Below are positions 11,678 to 24,755 of a DNA stretch of 64,000 nt, piece by piece. The first letter of the stretch is position 1; the number at the start of each line of letters is the position of its first letter. The notes beneath the pieces are model-generated. The model did not search any database. It worked only from the letters and a program-made list of their open reading frames with translations, and had not been told where the DNA came from. Origin of the DNA: Coniocarpon cinnabarinum (Eukaryota). The DNA lies in contig JAVECO010000097.1 in assembly GCA_051942205.1 (NCBI GenBank), positions 1 to 64,000 on the forward strand. Reading direction: 5' to 3'. The position numbers and the translations under genes were made by a program.

Positions 11678-12644
11678 GATGGCGGTCCGTGAAGGTGGAA
11701 TTTGGGAACGAGTTTTGGTGATTGTTTCTAAGACGTGCCGGAGCCACCGGGGAGAGAAGTGAAGTGGGTCGATGAATGTGTAGAGAGCTGCAATCAGCTA
11801 AAAGACAGAAACCCGGAGGGCCGTTAAATCAGAGACTCTCCCGTTACTCTGTGGGATGGCGTAGGTATATTGGTGGGAAGTAAGAGATGAGGAAGGCGGG
11901 GTAGGAGTGAAGAGGATGGTATCTCTGCCTCGAGTGCAGTGAAGGAGACACGTCTGACGTTATATTGAGCGCGTCAGTCGCCTGCGCGAGGAGAGATGAG
12001 GTTAAGTAAGGGCCAGTGTGTGAGGCAAGGTGAGGGATGGAGCCAGCTGGGAGTTGGGTCTGAATGAGCGGTCTGGCGCCGGGCGTGCCTTCTAGACCCT
12101 CTGACTAACGCCGCCGCTTGCTCGACTGCTTCGACGTCGCCACAGAGAGGGAGAGAAGACGTGGTCGAAGTGACCCACGATAGCCGCACAAGGAGGCAAA
12201 GATGGACCAGAGGAGCAAGGTGTAAAAGTCCTCGCGTACTGGAGATGCGCCGGCCCTCAAAAAGATACGCGACGTCACTGTGGGCTGTCAGCGGTGGGAC
12301 AGCAAGAGGCGGCGATAAGATATCTGCCCCATTCCTCAGGCCGCAGAGTGATCTCATCACGTGACCTGATCTAATACCATTACAGACCCCAGAATATCTC
12401 TTGTCTTCGTTTTGTTGATTCTCTAGTATGACATGTAGTGTACACAGACGTATCCTGGACCGTCACCCATTAGTCGGTGCCGTGTTTCCAGCCCTCTCGA
12501 TCAACCCAAGCCTCGAGCTGCAGCTGAGGCCCTATCGAGCACCTCGCCTCGCATGTGCATAATCACCGACACGTAAAAGCTCACGAACAACGGTCTCTGA
12601 GAGACGAGCGTCGTTGCTCTGAGCCCACGTCGTGTTGGGTCTAA

Positions 12645-15557
12645 TCACGGCCGTCCCTCTCCAGTCACCGGGGTCGCTCCCAGCACCCATCCAATACCCT
12701 TGGCCATGCCCCCAGTGACCGCGCTTGCCACCATGTCCCGTTTCCTGACCCTCTCGCCACTTTCAAGCTCCTCTGTCTCGGCATCTGCAAGCGTCGGCTC
12801 AGCGTGCACACCAGATTGTTGCGTTCCACTCTGACCCATGCGACCAAAGGCTTGTGCCGCGCCTCGCGCAACGTCAAACAGTCCCATCGGCGCCTCTCCG
12901 TCAGCTTTCGACGCGCGTCCAACTTCTTTACGCTTGGGTTGGTTCTGCAAGAGTGCGGGCTGCTCAGGACGGAACGCTCCAGGCAGATCGCTGCTGCCAC
13001 GAGCACCGGACATGCGCCTCTCAGCGAGCTCGTCTGCCTCTGCGTCTCTCGCGGCTGTGTCATGCAGAAGTGTCAGCAGCTCTTCCTCGCATCTTCTCCA
13101 CGCTGCGAGAACCTCAGGTAGGGCTTGAGGCGGCGCAAGCCCAAGAGCACGGGAAAGCAGGTCCATTCGTTGTTCGAGACGCCGTGTGCGTTCGTGAACT
13201 GGAGCGTTGAGCGGAAGTGTTGTTGGATGTCGACCGGCTTGATAAGCAGCTCGCCACGAGATGTCGTCTATTGTTACTGTCTGCGCAGGTTTCTGTGTAT
13301 TCCCATCGCGGAAAGTGGCGTCGCTGTGAGACAAACGGTTCACAGCAAAGCTGTATGCTGTTTCAAAATCGTTCTCATGCAACGCAGCGTCTATTGCCAT
13401 GCCAATAACCAGCCGCGTCGCGTGGACCTTTCTCGCAGGCTCATCTGCAGCGTATAGGTCACCGTATTTTGAATAAGGAGATGCGGACGCGCTTGAGAGT
13501 GCAAGAGGATTTGCAATAACAAGGTTCTGTGCGATCACGATGAGGTCCTCCAACTTCGTATACGACTCGGAGTGTTGTGATAGTACAGTTGCAATCAGGC
13601 CCAACGGATCGCGGTGGTCCCGAATACTATGAGGTGCTGTAGGCTGACCAGGCTCTAAAGTTAACGCGTAGAAGGAAAGCGAATGCGTCGCGGCAACCAA
13701 AGCAGACGCTTTTCGGAAAGATGCTGAGCTTGAGAAGGACGACTGAAAGGCTGCAAGCAAGTCGCTGGCCCTCTTCATTGATCCACGGGTCCTATTACCG
13801 TTGCTTGCCGCTTCGTAGAACTCTTTGAACAATGATAAGAGGCTGCTTTCGACTTCGTCCTTGTCTAGAGGCGCTTCAGCAGAGTTCTCGGGCAAGTAAA
13901 TCGATCGAACGAGCGAATAATGGCCGGCTGCGCCAATCGCGCTCAGTACTTCACGCTCCAATGTTCCTAGCGCAAGCTGCGCAAAAACGCCTCTGTTGCC
14001 TGATGCCGCAGCGGGATCGTCGATACCTGAATTCCAATCTCTTAACCAGGACAGTTGCTGCCGAATGTCAAGCCAGTGTCGCTCGCTAGTGTTCTGGTTC
14101 GTCAGATGCTGCCGCAGAATCTTCTGTACCATGCGTCTCGAGTCAGCCTCGTCACCGTAGAAGCGCAGTTTGGCGACTTGGGCAATAGTCGCCTTGAAAC
14201 CAAGGTTCGCCAATACGAAAGCAGAGTGCACGGTCATAGCCAACGATACGAAAGCCTCTAAGGTTGGCGTCGTCAGTTGTTGATTGTGCTGCAGAAGTTC
14301 ATTGAATTCAAACAGCCGCGGAGAATAAGTGTCGAAAGGTAACGGCGGTTGAGTAATTTGTTGTTCCAGAGTGAAAAGTACGGGGAGGTCGGTTTCAAGA
14401 GCTGGAGGTAGCGTGTAGCCCATCAGATCCGCGACGTTCTTGAGTATTGAGTGTGCACCTCTTGCTGCATCCTCCCCGTCACACTCTGCAGCGTATATGC
14501 ACGCCAACGCAGCTTGACAGTAACGAATGTGCAACTGCGATTGGACTTGGTCGTCTTGCACCGCATCTGCACTCAAGTCGATATCATCTACATCCGCATC
14601 GCCGGGTCCCCGCCACCCCTCAAGAGTCTTCACCGCAAGATCAAAATTGTCTACCGCGGTCGTGGCCATCCAGTGAAATGTGTGCTGCCAGTCTTCAAGC
14701 TGATCATCAGGTTGTATTTGAAACTCATTCTGGAATCCTGATTCCCTTGGATCTGCCCTAGGAACAGCCTCAGAGTCGATTTTCGGGCCTTGAAGGTGTG
14801 CTCTTCCCGAGTGCTCCACGTCCAGCTTTCTCCTCTTGCGCTGCGTGCTACCGTACATCCACGGTCCTACAGTCTCTCTTAAGTCCTTGCCCACAGAGTC
14901 CGCAGAAGCTGCTCCTTCTCGCGATGCCATGATAGACTTTGACATGAGAATGCTGATGCCCGCGGCGCCATCAAAAGACTCAAACGTCTCCAAATCCACG
15001 GTGACTCCATCTTTTCGGTTGCGCTCTTGCTCAAAGCGGAGAAGTGGTAAGATAGTTGACGTGAACCACACTCTGAGGTATGCTGAGGACTCTAGGAATG
15101 GCCGAACTAAACTGGGTACTAGAGTTAATAGACCTGTCTCTTTCTCGATCGCATTGGCTCGGCTGAGAATGAATAAAGTGACTGGATCTTTTGGTGCAGA
15201 TCGCAAGACCGCGTCATGAGAATTTCGGATGCGTCGAGGACAGAGTCGTTTCAAGTGGAGGGCTGCAAGTCGCCCTTCGACGTCAGCGTGAGACAATTCT
15301 CCGGTTGCTCCCCAATCCACCTGTACATCTGTATCATGCTGTGAACTAGCTCGTTGACTGAGTCCCTGCACAAAATCAGTGTAGACGTCTGGATGCACGC
15401 TTTCCGGCAGAAAGGTAAGAAGGATTCGAAGTAAGAGTTGTGTGTTCAAGATCAGCGGCTTGGCTGAGGAGATCGCGCTCAACGCAGCAACGTTTGCGTC
15501 CGAGGCATAAGAAACAGCCAGTAGGATCCAATGCGCATTCGACAACGAAATGGGCAT
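12645..15557 (-). CDS. SEC39: Dsl1 tethering complex subunit Sec39
   Basis: 970-aa ORF with LLRILLTFLPES, VGPWMYG, ASNGNRTRGSMKRA and ATHSLSFYAL motifs typical of fungal Sec39. Confidence 0.88.
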   Translation of the reverse strand: MPISLSNAHWILLAVSYASDANVAALSAISSAKPLILNTQLLLRILLTFLPESVHPDVYTDFVQGLSQRASSQHDTDVQVDWGATGELSHADVEGRLAALHLKRLCPRRIRNSHDAVLRSAPKDPVTLFILSRANAIEKETGLLTLVPSLVRPFLESSAYLRVWFTSTILPLLRFEQERNRKDGVTVDLETFESFDGAAGISILMSKSIMASREGAASADSVGKDLRETVGPWMYGSTQRKRRKLDVEHSGRAHLQGPKIDSEAVPRADPRESGFQNEFQIQPDDQLEDWQHTFHWMATTAVDNFDLAVKTLEGWRGPGDADVDDIDLSADAVQDDQVQSQLHIRYCQAALACIYAAECDGEDAARGAHSILKNVADLMGYTLPPALETDLPVLFTLEQQITQPPLPFDTYSPRLFEFNELLQHNQQLTTPTLEAFVSLAMTVHSAFVLANLGFKATIAQVAKLRFYGDEADSRRMVQKILRQHLTNQNTSERHWLDIRQQLSWLRDWNSGIDDPAAASGNRGVFAQLALGTLEREVLSAIGAAGHYSLVRSIYLPENSAEAPLDKDEVESSLLSLFKEFYEAASNGNRTRGSMKRASDLLAAFQSSFSSSASFRKASALVAATHSLSFYALTLEPGQPTAPHSIRDHRDPLGLIATVLSQHSESYTKLEDLIVIAQNLVIANPLALSSASASPYSKYGDLYAADEPARKVHATRLVIGMAIDAALHENDFETAYSFAVNRLSHSDATFRDGNTQKPAQTVTIDDISWRAAYQAGRHPTTLPLNAPVHERTRRLEQRMDLLSRALGLAPPQALPEVLAAWRRCEEELLTLLHDTAARDAEADELAERRMSGARGSSDLPGAFRPEQPALLQNQPKRKEVGRASKADGEAPMGLFDVARGAAQAFGRMGQSGTQQSGVHAEPTLADAETEELESGERVRKRDMVASAVTGGMAKGIGWVLGATPVTGEGRP

Positions 15558-15908
15558 GCTTCTAGGTGCAAGTTAATATGAAATGCGGATACCAAACGAC
15601 GATTCGAGAGGTCAACGCGAGTCAAAGTGGTTGCTACGGCAGGGTGTGGATAAACTGAGCTCGATGCGCAGGGTAGTCCATTGAGTCTTTCAAGTTCCGT
15701 CACAGTGTCACATGACTGTTCAAGGCATGCGATTTGGAGGAACTTTGAATTCATGAACCTCGAGTGAGTCTTTTCGATGCGGGCTAAGCGCAGAGTGCTT
15801 CACTAGCCCACAGTGTCTTCCTACGCTGGGCTAATCGATATGATCTCGAGCATCAACAGTGGTCAAATCCAGCCCCGCGGTCCCAGCATGCTTCCATCCA
15901 CCCAATCT

Positions 15909-16860
15909 CTAGTAACCGTACTGCTCGAGCTGTTTCTGTGTTTGCTCAGGAACCTTCGCGTTCTTTTGTGCCTCCGCCAACTGTCTCCTTGCCTGCTTCT
16001 TGCGCTCGTAGTATGCGGAGCTCTTTGCCTTTCTCCGCTCCTCAAGACTGTAAACGTTGTCAGTTTCGTCATTCTCCTTAAAATTTACGCTTCGAGCAAA
16101 TGACATACCGAGAAACCACGTCTCTGTACTTCCAACCGAATTCGTGGCCCAAACGACCAACTGTGCAGAACTTTCGGCCAGGTTTCAAGCGAAGGACCCG
16201 GAGTGCTTGTGGCACGACTACTCGCTTTTTCTTATCATAAGGCGGCGGTACTCCCTCAAAGCACTTGAGTCGCGCCATAGCTACTGCACCACGTGAGGTT
16301 TTGTGAGGAATCATGCCGCGGACTGTGCGCCAAAACATTTTGCCAGGTTGGCGATAGTGCCAAGGGCCTGATTTTGTCAGTGATCAGACCGAATACGTCC
16401 TGTTGGCAATTGTTTGCAGTTTCCCAGAAGAACAAGCGCCAGTGACGAGCTCATTTCGAAGTGGAAGAAGATCGAGTATAGATATTGACATACCACCACG
16501 CCAGGCATTGTAGCGAGTCTGCTTGCGGAGGAAGGCCTGGTAGTTCACTATCGCACAGTCTTTGTCAGCCTCGGCGCTTTTATGGCTTGTAGTGACCATG
16601 AGTGGTGTATTGTTGAAGGAGGAAAGCGCGGACATTTGGCTCTGAAGAAGCCGCCTGAGATGTTGATATCTTCGCAGCGGACGACCACGATTTTTTGGCC
16701 GTTGAGAATCTGTTTCGCGATGATGCTAGCGAGTCTGCCGTTCAAGTGGCCCTTGCCGTCAATGACGACCTGTTGCACGTTGTTAGCTAGGCGCCCATGT
16801 AAGGAATAGCTTCGGGATGAAGCTCTTGAGTAGACTTACAACAGGCTCAAACGTCGCCAT
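15909..16860 (-). CDS. RPL16: 60S ribosomal protein uL13 (L16/L13a), multi-intron
   Basis: Exons encode MATFEPV | [33 protein letters not shown] | NYQAFLRK | [13 protein letters not shown]...[16 protein letters not shown] | [17 protein letters not shown]. Confidence 0.97.
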
Positions 16861-17393
16861 TGTTGCTAGTCAAGCTCGAACAATGTCTTGAACGAACGCT
16901 GCTCAATTGATGTCTGTCTCGATGTCCGAAGGTCTGCACGCTTGTAATGAGACAAGCATATCACATTCCCAAAGAGGTAATATGTTAGGGCTTAGAAACC
17001 CCACTGACAAAGTGAAAGCTGAGGTGTGAGTCCCCCCTTTACACTAGGTACTGTGGGCTGCTTCGACCACGTGCCCATCTCTTTGCAGAGCACAGGTAGT
17101 GCAGTTTTTGGGAAAAGGACGTCAAATACATTGGACATGCAAATCCGCAGCATTCTTAACGTATGAGCGCAACACTTGGGAAGCAAATTCTTCGGCTACA
17201 CATTGCAGTTATCGCCCTCGGCATGGCCTGGCATCGTCGACGCTGGTTTTGTAACGTAGATGATCAAAGAGATTGTTGATGGTTGGCTCCGTTGCTCAAC
17301 GTGTCCAACACATCTTCATTTTTGCGAGAGTCGGGGCTGCGATCTTCTTGAACCGCTGACTCCGATCGGCAACTCCACATTCGAGTCACGAGT

Positions 17394-18758
17394 CTATGAT
17401 CCAAGTGTTGGGAACGCGCTCGTGTCAGTGACATTGGGAGATGGACCTCCACGGCCGCCGCGAAAGCCACCACGACTACCCCCAACTCCACCACGACCTG
17501 AAGCACGCCTGTCACCACGGAACTCACCACGGCCACGGCCACGTCCGCCACGGCCTCCACGTCCAGTATTCTGCTCGTTGCGAGCAGCGTAGTCGTGTTC
17601 CAGCACCAAGTGTGACTTTTCCTTGCGTTCGCGTTCACGGGCTTTCTTTCCGCTGCCGCCAGCAAAATAGTCCGCCTCTTCTTTCTCAAATGTTTTGCCT
17701 TCAGGTTGCTTCTTGGAAGCACCTTCGTTTGGTTTACGAGCTTCCAATGGGCCACCCAACGCAAGCTTTTTCTCTGCCTGTTGCGCGAGATAATCGGAGT
17801 ACGACAAATTCTTGTCTTCGGGCTCAGGCTCGGGTTGAGGTTCCTCAGGGGCTTCGCCGTTCTCGTTAGCGGGGACTTCGCCATCAGCTCCTACAGGCTT
17901 GTCTGGAAACGAATCGTAGCCCGCTTTCTCTTCCTCCCAAGCCTGAGCTTGTCCTGCCTTCTCGTCATTCCACTCTGCAGTGCCACTCTCGCCGCCCCAA
18001 CCTTGATCGGCTTGCTTGTTGGAGTTACTGAACTCTGATTAGTCGCATATACCAGGCGAGAGAACGGTCATGGAGTGTATGAGCATACCTGTGCAGACTG
18101 CGACTGTGTCGATCGTCTTTTCCACCTCGAGCACGCGTGCCGCCAGCACCGCCTCGACCACCACGGCCATCGTAACTACCACCACGCTGGATGCGGCCCC
18201 CTGCATGCCGTTGATCAACTTTATTCACACTGTAGTTTTTGGACAATACGTACCTCCTAGCCGATCAGAGTGACGGTCGAAACGGAGACCATCATCCGTG
18301 GATCTACCACGGTTGGAAGCGCGACCAACATCGCGGTCTTGAAAGGCTGCATGGGTAATCTGTAAGCAGGGGCAATTGTTGTAAAAAAAAAAAGTATTGA
18401 CCTTCCCAGGCGTACCTCGCTCAGATCCAGTGAAATCTCCGCGTCCGCGGCCGCGGCCTCCTCGAACTCCTCCACGAGGTGCGCTTGGAGTGTCTTTCGG
18501 GGCATCCGCGCTCGCATCGTTCCTCTTGCCGTGCCGCTGAGTGGGCTTGTCTATTGGCTGCACGGGAGCCTGAGGCTCCTCCTCTGGATCATTTCCTGTT
18601 TGGCTGAATTAGACACCGACGATGGCAAACAAGGTGAAGAGGAGTCGCTGTCTACCGAGGAGATCAAAGAGGTTCTGTGAGCAGTTGGATCAGCTTGGAA
18701 GAAAGACGGGGCAACCGTAGCCTCATAATCTGCGCACCTTTGATGCGACGCTACTCAT
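17394..18758 (-). CDS. STM1: Stm1 ribosome-preservation/RNA-binding protein (HABP4/PAI-RBP1 family)
   Basis: MSSVASK | NLFDLLG (19-nt exon 18656-18674) | NDPE start, RGG repeats, DRHSR, QAWGGESG, MSYSDYLAQQAEKK, and C-terminal SAFPTLGS. Confidence 0.92.
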
Positions 18759-19587
18759 CCTGTCGACTTATGCGCCTGTGGCGCTGCTGCGAATGAGCCA
18801 GACAATCCTTAAGTACAGTTAGACAAGCTATATCATGCCATTACAATGATTGCCGTCATGGCTTACGGGGGAACGTGAATGGGAGAAGTTCCCAGAATAA
18901 CAACAACACATTGCTGGATGAAATTTGGGAAAGTGAGGTGCTCGCTTGCGCCAACGTGGCACTTACTGAGCCGATGTGGCCAAGCTGGCAAAACTGACGG
19001 CGATTCCGTGAAAGGTTCCACTAGAAGTTCGCGACCACAAGAAGAGAGCCGGACGAGCATTCACGAAACGACGTTGCAGTATCTCTGCTTATCTCTCATA
19101 GAATGTTGGGCTTTCCCAGATACGATGTACGTGCGTGTCATCAGTCCCAGATCATCACGTCGTTACCGTCTTTCATGCAACATACACAACGCACAGCTAT
19201 ACAGAGCCTAAACCTGCTCCAAATGGCATGCAAGCCTTTTGATACTCATGTGCCAATGCACACTGCAGTTTCGTTACTCGCCCTTGCCCTTGGTCACATA
19301 AATGCCATCGCCGAAACACCCTAAACGGATTAGCCGGGAAAATGCACACTGCTGCCTGCGTATGTAAGTGGAAATATTTCTTGAGAGAAACCCTCAGGCA
19401 TGGTAAGGTGGGAACTGTTCATAAGTCGATCGTGATGTTTGACGGAAGACGGCGTCTGCAGGTGGATGGCCTCTCCGGGCCTGTGACTTTGCTGAGATGG
19501 TGCGCCGCAGCCGTCCGCAGACGGCCTCGTCAACTTGTGATAATCTGCTTGGAACAGTCAGAACACTGCTTCAACGAAATTTGCTTA

Positions 19588-20776
19588 TCAATTTTCGGAA
19601 GAGCAACCCGAAAAGGACCAGGTCTTACCCTTGTTTCCTTGCCAGTTCGCCTGAGGACGGTTTTGCCACTCATGCTGCCGTTGCAACGCAACGTCGTCAG
19701 CGACAGACGCGGGCACCCGGTTGTCAGAAAGAATTTGTTGATTCTCGCGCCGATAGAAGACACTGGAGTCGTTGGAGCTTTGTCTCATGTGAAAGCCTGA
19801 AGGCGCGCTTGTATAGACGGGAGCACCAGTAGGATCATATGTACTCACAGAGGGTGACGCAACAGTTGGCGATGAAGGTGACGCCTCGTTCCAGGACGGA
19901 AGTTGTGACTGAGGCGAGTGAAGTGGCGAGACTAACGAAGTACCCATCGAAGCTGCTTTGCTCTTCAATTGATCGAGCTTTGTGTTTCCAGGGCTGGTAC
20001 TCTGTTTAATGGAACGACGCTGGCCAGTCGCGGAGTGGGATTCGAGACCGCTCAAGGAAGTCGGTGTCTCTTGTGACATGACAGTCTGTTCACCTCTAGC
20101 ACTCAGCTCGGCCTCAAGGTCAATCCCTTGATCGCAATGTCAGCTGCAGTTGACTCGACTTTTGTGGCGCTTACCATTCTCTCGAAGGATCCTCTCGAGT
20201 ATACCAATTCTCCTTTGCAAAGATGAAGATTGGTAGGCAGTTGCTTGCTGCTCCCGCCTGGCGACCTGGAGGAGTTCCTCATGTTGATCGAGAGTGATTT
20301 CCAACTGCTTGATGTATTCACTTCTCCGCTCTCGAAAGGCAGCTTGAGCTTGTCTATTGCGTTGCTTACGCTCTTCTACGGTTGCATAGATCTTGCGCCA
20401 AGTCAGTCGTCAACAGACTCATACCTCACGTGAAGGGACGCACTGGCTTACGACCACCCTTGCGCTTCGGCGGAGGCTGTGACTCGCCTTCAAATGGGTT
20501 GTCGACTAATTCTGGGAAATCAGGCTCGGCTGAAGGTGAGGAGAGTTTGCCACCTTCGGGTAGATCCAATGGACCATCGCTGTGGCGCTCGTGGAGATCT
20601 AGTTTGGACTCTGCGGCCATCAAATGGTCGGACGGAATTCCCAATCCAGCCAATGCTAACCCAAACGGCGCAGACTGGAGCAAGCCATGCACGACCTTGT
20701 CCCAGCGGCCAGTGAAAGGGCGGGATGCGGCGTCAATCCTGGGGTCGGGCGGCACTAGCGGAGGATCATGCAAGGG
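19588..20776 (-). CDS. bZIP transcription factor (Yap/Ada-1-like basic region); start codon uncertain
   Basis: Spliced frame KRKGGRKP | IYATVEERKQRNRQAQAAFRERRSEYIKQLE...LERILRENG | IDLEAEL. The first in-frame ATG is at 20620, but the frame is open to an acceptor-like TAG at ~20777. Confidence 0.85.
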
Positions 20777-21622
20777 CTAAGTGATAAGGGGCGTATAGTG
20801 AGAATCAGATTAGTCAATAGATACAGATAAAGCAAGGGAAGAATAGGTGTATAGGGCAATCTGGGCCATCTGGGTTACGGCACACACTGATAAGACGAGG
20901 TCTTCTGAGAGGCTGCTGCTGCTCCCCATACGGCTTGCCTTGATGAGGCAATTTCTTCTTCACCCCCTCACCCCGTGACTGTGTCTGCGAAAATTTCATC
21001 ATCTGATGACACATACTTTCCTCCTCCTACGAGAAACTCACCTTATTTCTGTCTGGCTAATGATTTAGAGGTGTCGCCGGGACCCGTAGATTCCCTACCT
21101 TTTGTTCGAATAGAGCAAAGGTCTGTGTCAGTGATTGGAGGCGCTTCTGATGCTGTAGGCCTAAACGAGACTGACATGTCATTCCTCATGACAAGCCTCG
21201 GATGTCGCCCGTGAATGTTCTCGAAATGATACTGGATCTTCACATGATGCGTTCTCCTCGCTCGACAAAGGTAACGAGAAAGCAAGAGGACTACCCGTCA
21301 AGCTCGCGTGAAGAGAAGATGCCCTTCGCCTTGGGAAAGCGCGGCTGGCTCTGGTTCCCACGTGTTGTTTCCTTCTCTCCTTCAAATGCAACCAGAACAC
21401 CCTTTGAGCATGTTTTCGTCCACAGCCAAAGGCTAGATACGCTCGTGTGTCAAATGATCTGCGCTGCGGATGCGCTTTGCAATCGTAATCTGTCGCTAGC
21501 ATCATGGCACAAGCGGTCTAAGGTTTCGGCGTTTGCACGTCCTTTCTCCTTGACTGTTTCCTTAGTGAAAGAGAAGCCAAGCTGAGGGTTCCTCGATACA
21601 TTCGCTTCTATGCTTTTGTGAT

Positions 21623-24284
21623 ATGGAATCAGATGGCGCTCTTGCCCCTCAAAGAAAACCACTCCCGCGCACGCCGAGCCCTTCCAATTTGTTGTCAGGG
21701 CAGCCCAGCCTGGGCAGCAGACCCCTGTCAGATATTCGTGAGATCACGGAGCCGAGTCTACTAGACAGCGTTCGACGCAAGGCCACAACTGGAGCTCTTG
21801 CCGGAGGCCCACGAACGTCAGATTCGTCCAAACACCCTAAACCCTTGCCGAACAATAGCCGCTGGGGAAAAGATCAAGTCAACGCAGAACCAGGTCCAGT
21901 GGAAGGGATAGCGAGATCGAGCTCACAACGCGCCCCGCAAACACTGTCGCCCAAAGTGCCGACATCACGCCAGAATAGACGGTCACCAGAGCAGGTTCAT
22001 GATGATGACACCACAAAATCAAGCTTATTTAGCATCAATCCTGGCAAGGTGCCACACAGATCCTCTTCAAAGCCACGACATAGACCAAGCCGATCGCTGT
22101 CTCGTGAGCCAGCTGTTGCAGTACTCGCGTCACGAGTTCGGCGATCTGTGTCCAATCGTAGGAAATCATCATCTCCGCTTAAGGAAGCCGCCGAACGACT
22201 GTCGGCTAGTAGTCCTGTGAAGCCAAGAATTCCATCAAAGACCTTCGTGAAGGTTGACAGTCCGACTCTTAACGACATCCTGGCAAGTCCGATCTACCAT
22301 CACCCAAGAGTGCAGCTGGAGATACAGCTAGCCGCGTCTCTGTTTGTTGGGGGCAGCACAGTCGAGGGTCTGCTTCGGCTCGTGGTGGACGAAGCGACTA
22401 GATTGCGGCATCGCAAATCGCTGACTCTGGAAAGACTGTCTGTGGATCTCATAGGCGTGGAAGAAGTCGTTGGCAACAAGAGACACATATTCCTGTCACT
22501 AGGCAATGAAATCGTGGACAACGAACATCCTCCACCGCAGGAAATGATCGATGCTCAAGCACATTGGCCCTCACAAGGCCAGTCATGGTTATTGATACCG
22601 TCGGTCAACAGGCTTCCATTTCTGTTGACACTGCCGCTAGAGGTTGGCCCACCACCCTTCAAGTCTAAAAATGCGCGCATCAGATATTTGCTTAGCGCAA
22701 CTTTGTTTCTCAAAGACATGGGTCGTGACCTCTGTGTGCGCTCGACCCAAGAAACATCGATATTGTCTGTCTATGACCGTACGTTTCTTATTGGCGCCAT
22801 TCTTATACGATTGCTGACTTGACCAGCTGAAAGAGCTTTGGTCTCCCTTCCGAGTCCTTTGACCTCTTCAGATGAGCTGCTTGTGCATCGTGGAAAGGAA
22901 AAGATCACCGTTGCCGCAGGCTTGCATCGACAAGTGTGGGTCAACGGGACGACACTATTCGCTGATGTCCATATCGTGAACAAAAGCCGAAAGCACATCA
23001 AGCGGCTTGAGTTGCACTTGGAGCAGATTATTCTGTTCTACAGGCACGCAGCTGCCTCAACCTTAGAACAATCAGCGAGCCAGGCGCGTCTCTTTGACGC
23101 AACTGAGCGTATGACTATTTGTAAAACGATTGTCAAGCAGAGTAGTTTGGGCTGGCTCGGTGTGCCAGCCTACAGCACCGATTTACGCACCTGCTCCATC
23201 GATCTACCGCGCGGTCATGCAACGGTCAAGTGCAGTAAGTCCACCGGTGCATTTTGATGTTCGCGAGCTAACGCGGCTAGATAAGTATTTTGAGGTACGG
23301 TATCTTCTTAACGTTATGATTCCCATCTCACATTCACTTTCAACATCTAAAAAGTCACTGATGGTTCAGCTGCCAATAATTTTGATCCACATGAGCTCGC
23401 TGGACGTTCCCACCAATTCAGTTGCTCAAGTCGCGGCAGCTATTGAAGAAAAGCGTAATCCCCGAGAACAGCATGGAAACGATAAAGGGAAACCCAATTC
23501 TAATAGCCTAGAGTCGTCGACAGCTGCAAGTTTAACGACATCGGACGCTGCTGTTGCAAGAGGCTCACCGCAGCGGCGCACTGGACGTAAAGCAAAATCA
23601 ACGTTGCAAGGCCGAGCTTTCGCAGCTCCACGAGCGGCCTCGGTCGAGCGATCAAGAGCTCAACAGCAAGACCTCCAGCATCTTGGCAACATCCTGGATA
23701 AAAGCCCGCGAAAAAGCCAAGCTTACAAGCACCAGGCAACCCAGGCTACGTCTGCTGCTCCGAGCGCGAGTCGCATCGATCAGAGAGAGTATAGCTATCA
23801 GACCCCTCCAAACAATCGAAAAGGCCAGGTCATTACCGATGCTGAAGCTGACGAGCTGCGACTCCAACTTGGAGTCGGTGATGACAGTTCAAGGAGCTTC
23901 AAGGTGCTACCAACCCCTCCTGTGCCAGCAATTTCCCAAAGACGTGATCCGCCGCGATCCGCATCGGCAATGGGCTATTACATGCCTGGTGATGACGCGA
24001 GTCACTCACAACGCAAGGAAAATCGCCGGCCCAGCTTTGACGCAAGACCAAGCGTAGAACCGAGACCTAGCTTAGATATGCCTCCTCGACCGCGACCCAG
24101 TGCAGAATCTGCTCGTCCCAAAATGAGAGCAGAATGGAGGGATGGTGGCAGAAGCCCGGTCGGAGGTGTGCAGCTGGCAGGAGTACCCGAGGCGCCGAAG
24201 AAGGTTGGTGGACGAAGTCCCAATGACGGGAAGCCTGCCTGGAGTGCACAAGAGCGAGAGAGGTGGCGACCGCATTGGTTATGA
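21623..24284 (+). CDS. Arrestin-domain protein
   Basis: Arrestin-like FVGGSTVEG, LPFLLTLPLEVGPPPF..IRY and YFEVRYLLNV. Introns 22779-22826 and 23235-23280 join three ORFs in frame. Confidence 0.85.
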
Positions 24285-24755
24285 CACTGAAAGGGGAAGT
24301 TGGTGTCGAGAATACTGTTACGACTTTGGGTCACTGGTTTTGAAGAAGCATGAGGGGATGGATTCTGGAGGTTCTTGGGCTCGCTTTTGGATGTGCGAGG
24401 TGGTGAGAGAAGATATAGATAGGCAGTATGTTTGCATTGTATGTGCATTGGAAAATCAGAGCTAACGGGTAGAGGATGCGGTAATGGTAGTAGGCTGTCT
24501 CGATAAGACCTTTCTCTATTCCCAGTGCGGTCTGTCATGATTTCGAAGAAGCGGCAATACTCCACCAGGCATTTGCTCCTGGCCGCAGACAGCTTTGAAT
24601 AACGTCTACTGACACTGGCATACTTCTGTAGTCGCTCTACTCGATGCAAGCAGCTTACACTACCGAACCCTTTGCCATTTCGAGCACCTATGTTCCGAAA
24701 TCATTTCACACCCGTCATGCTCATCATCGTGCTGGGTGCATCTTCAAGCCTAGCG

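Noticed and set aside
16368..16493. Intronic C/D snoRNA in RPL16
   Set aside because: A CTGA is present but there is no convincing RTGATGA C box or terminal stem.
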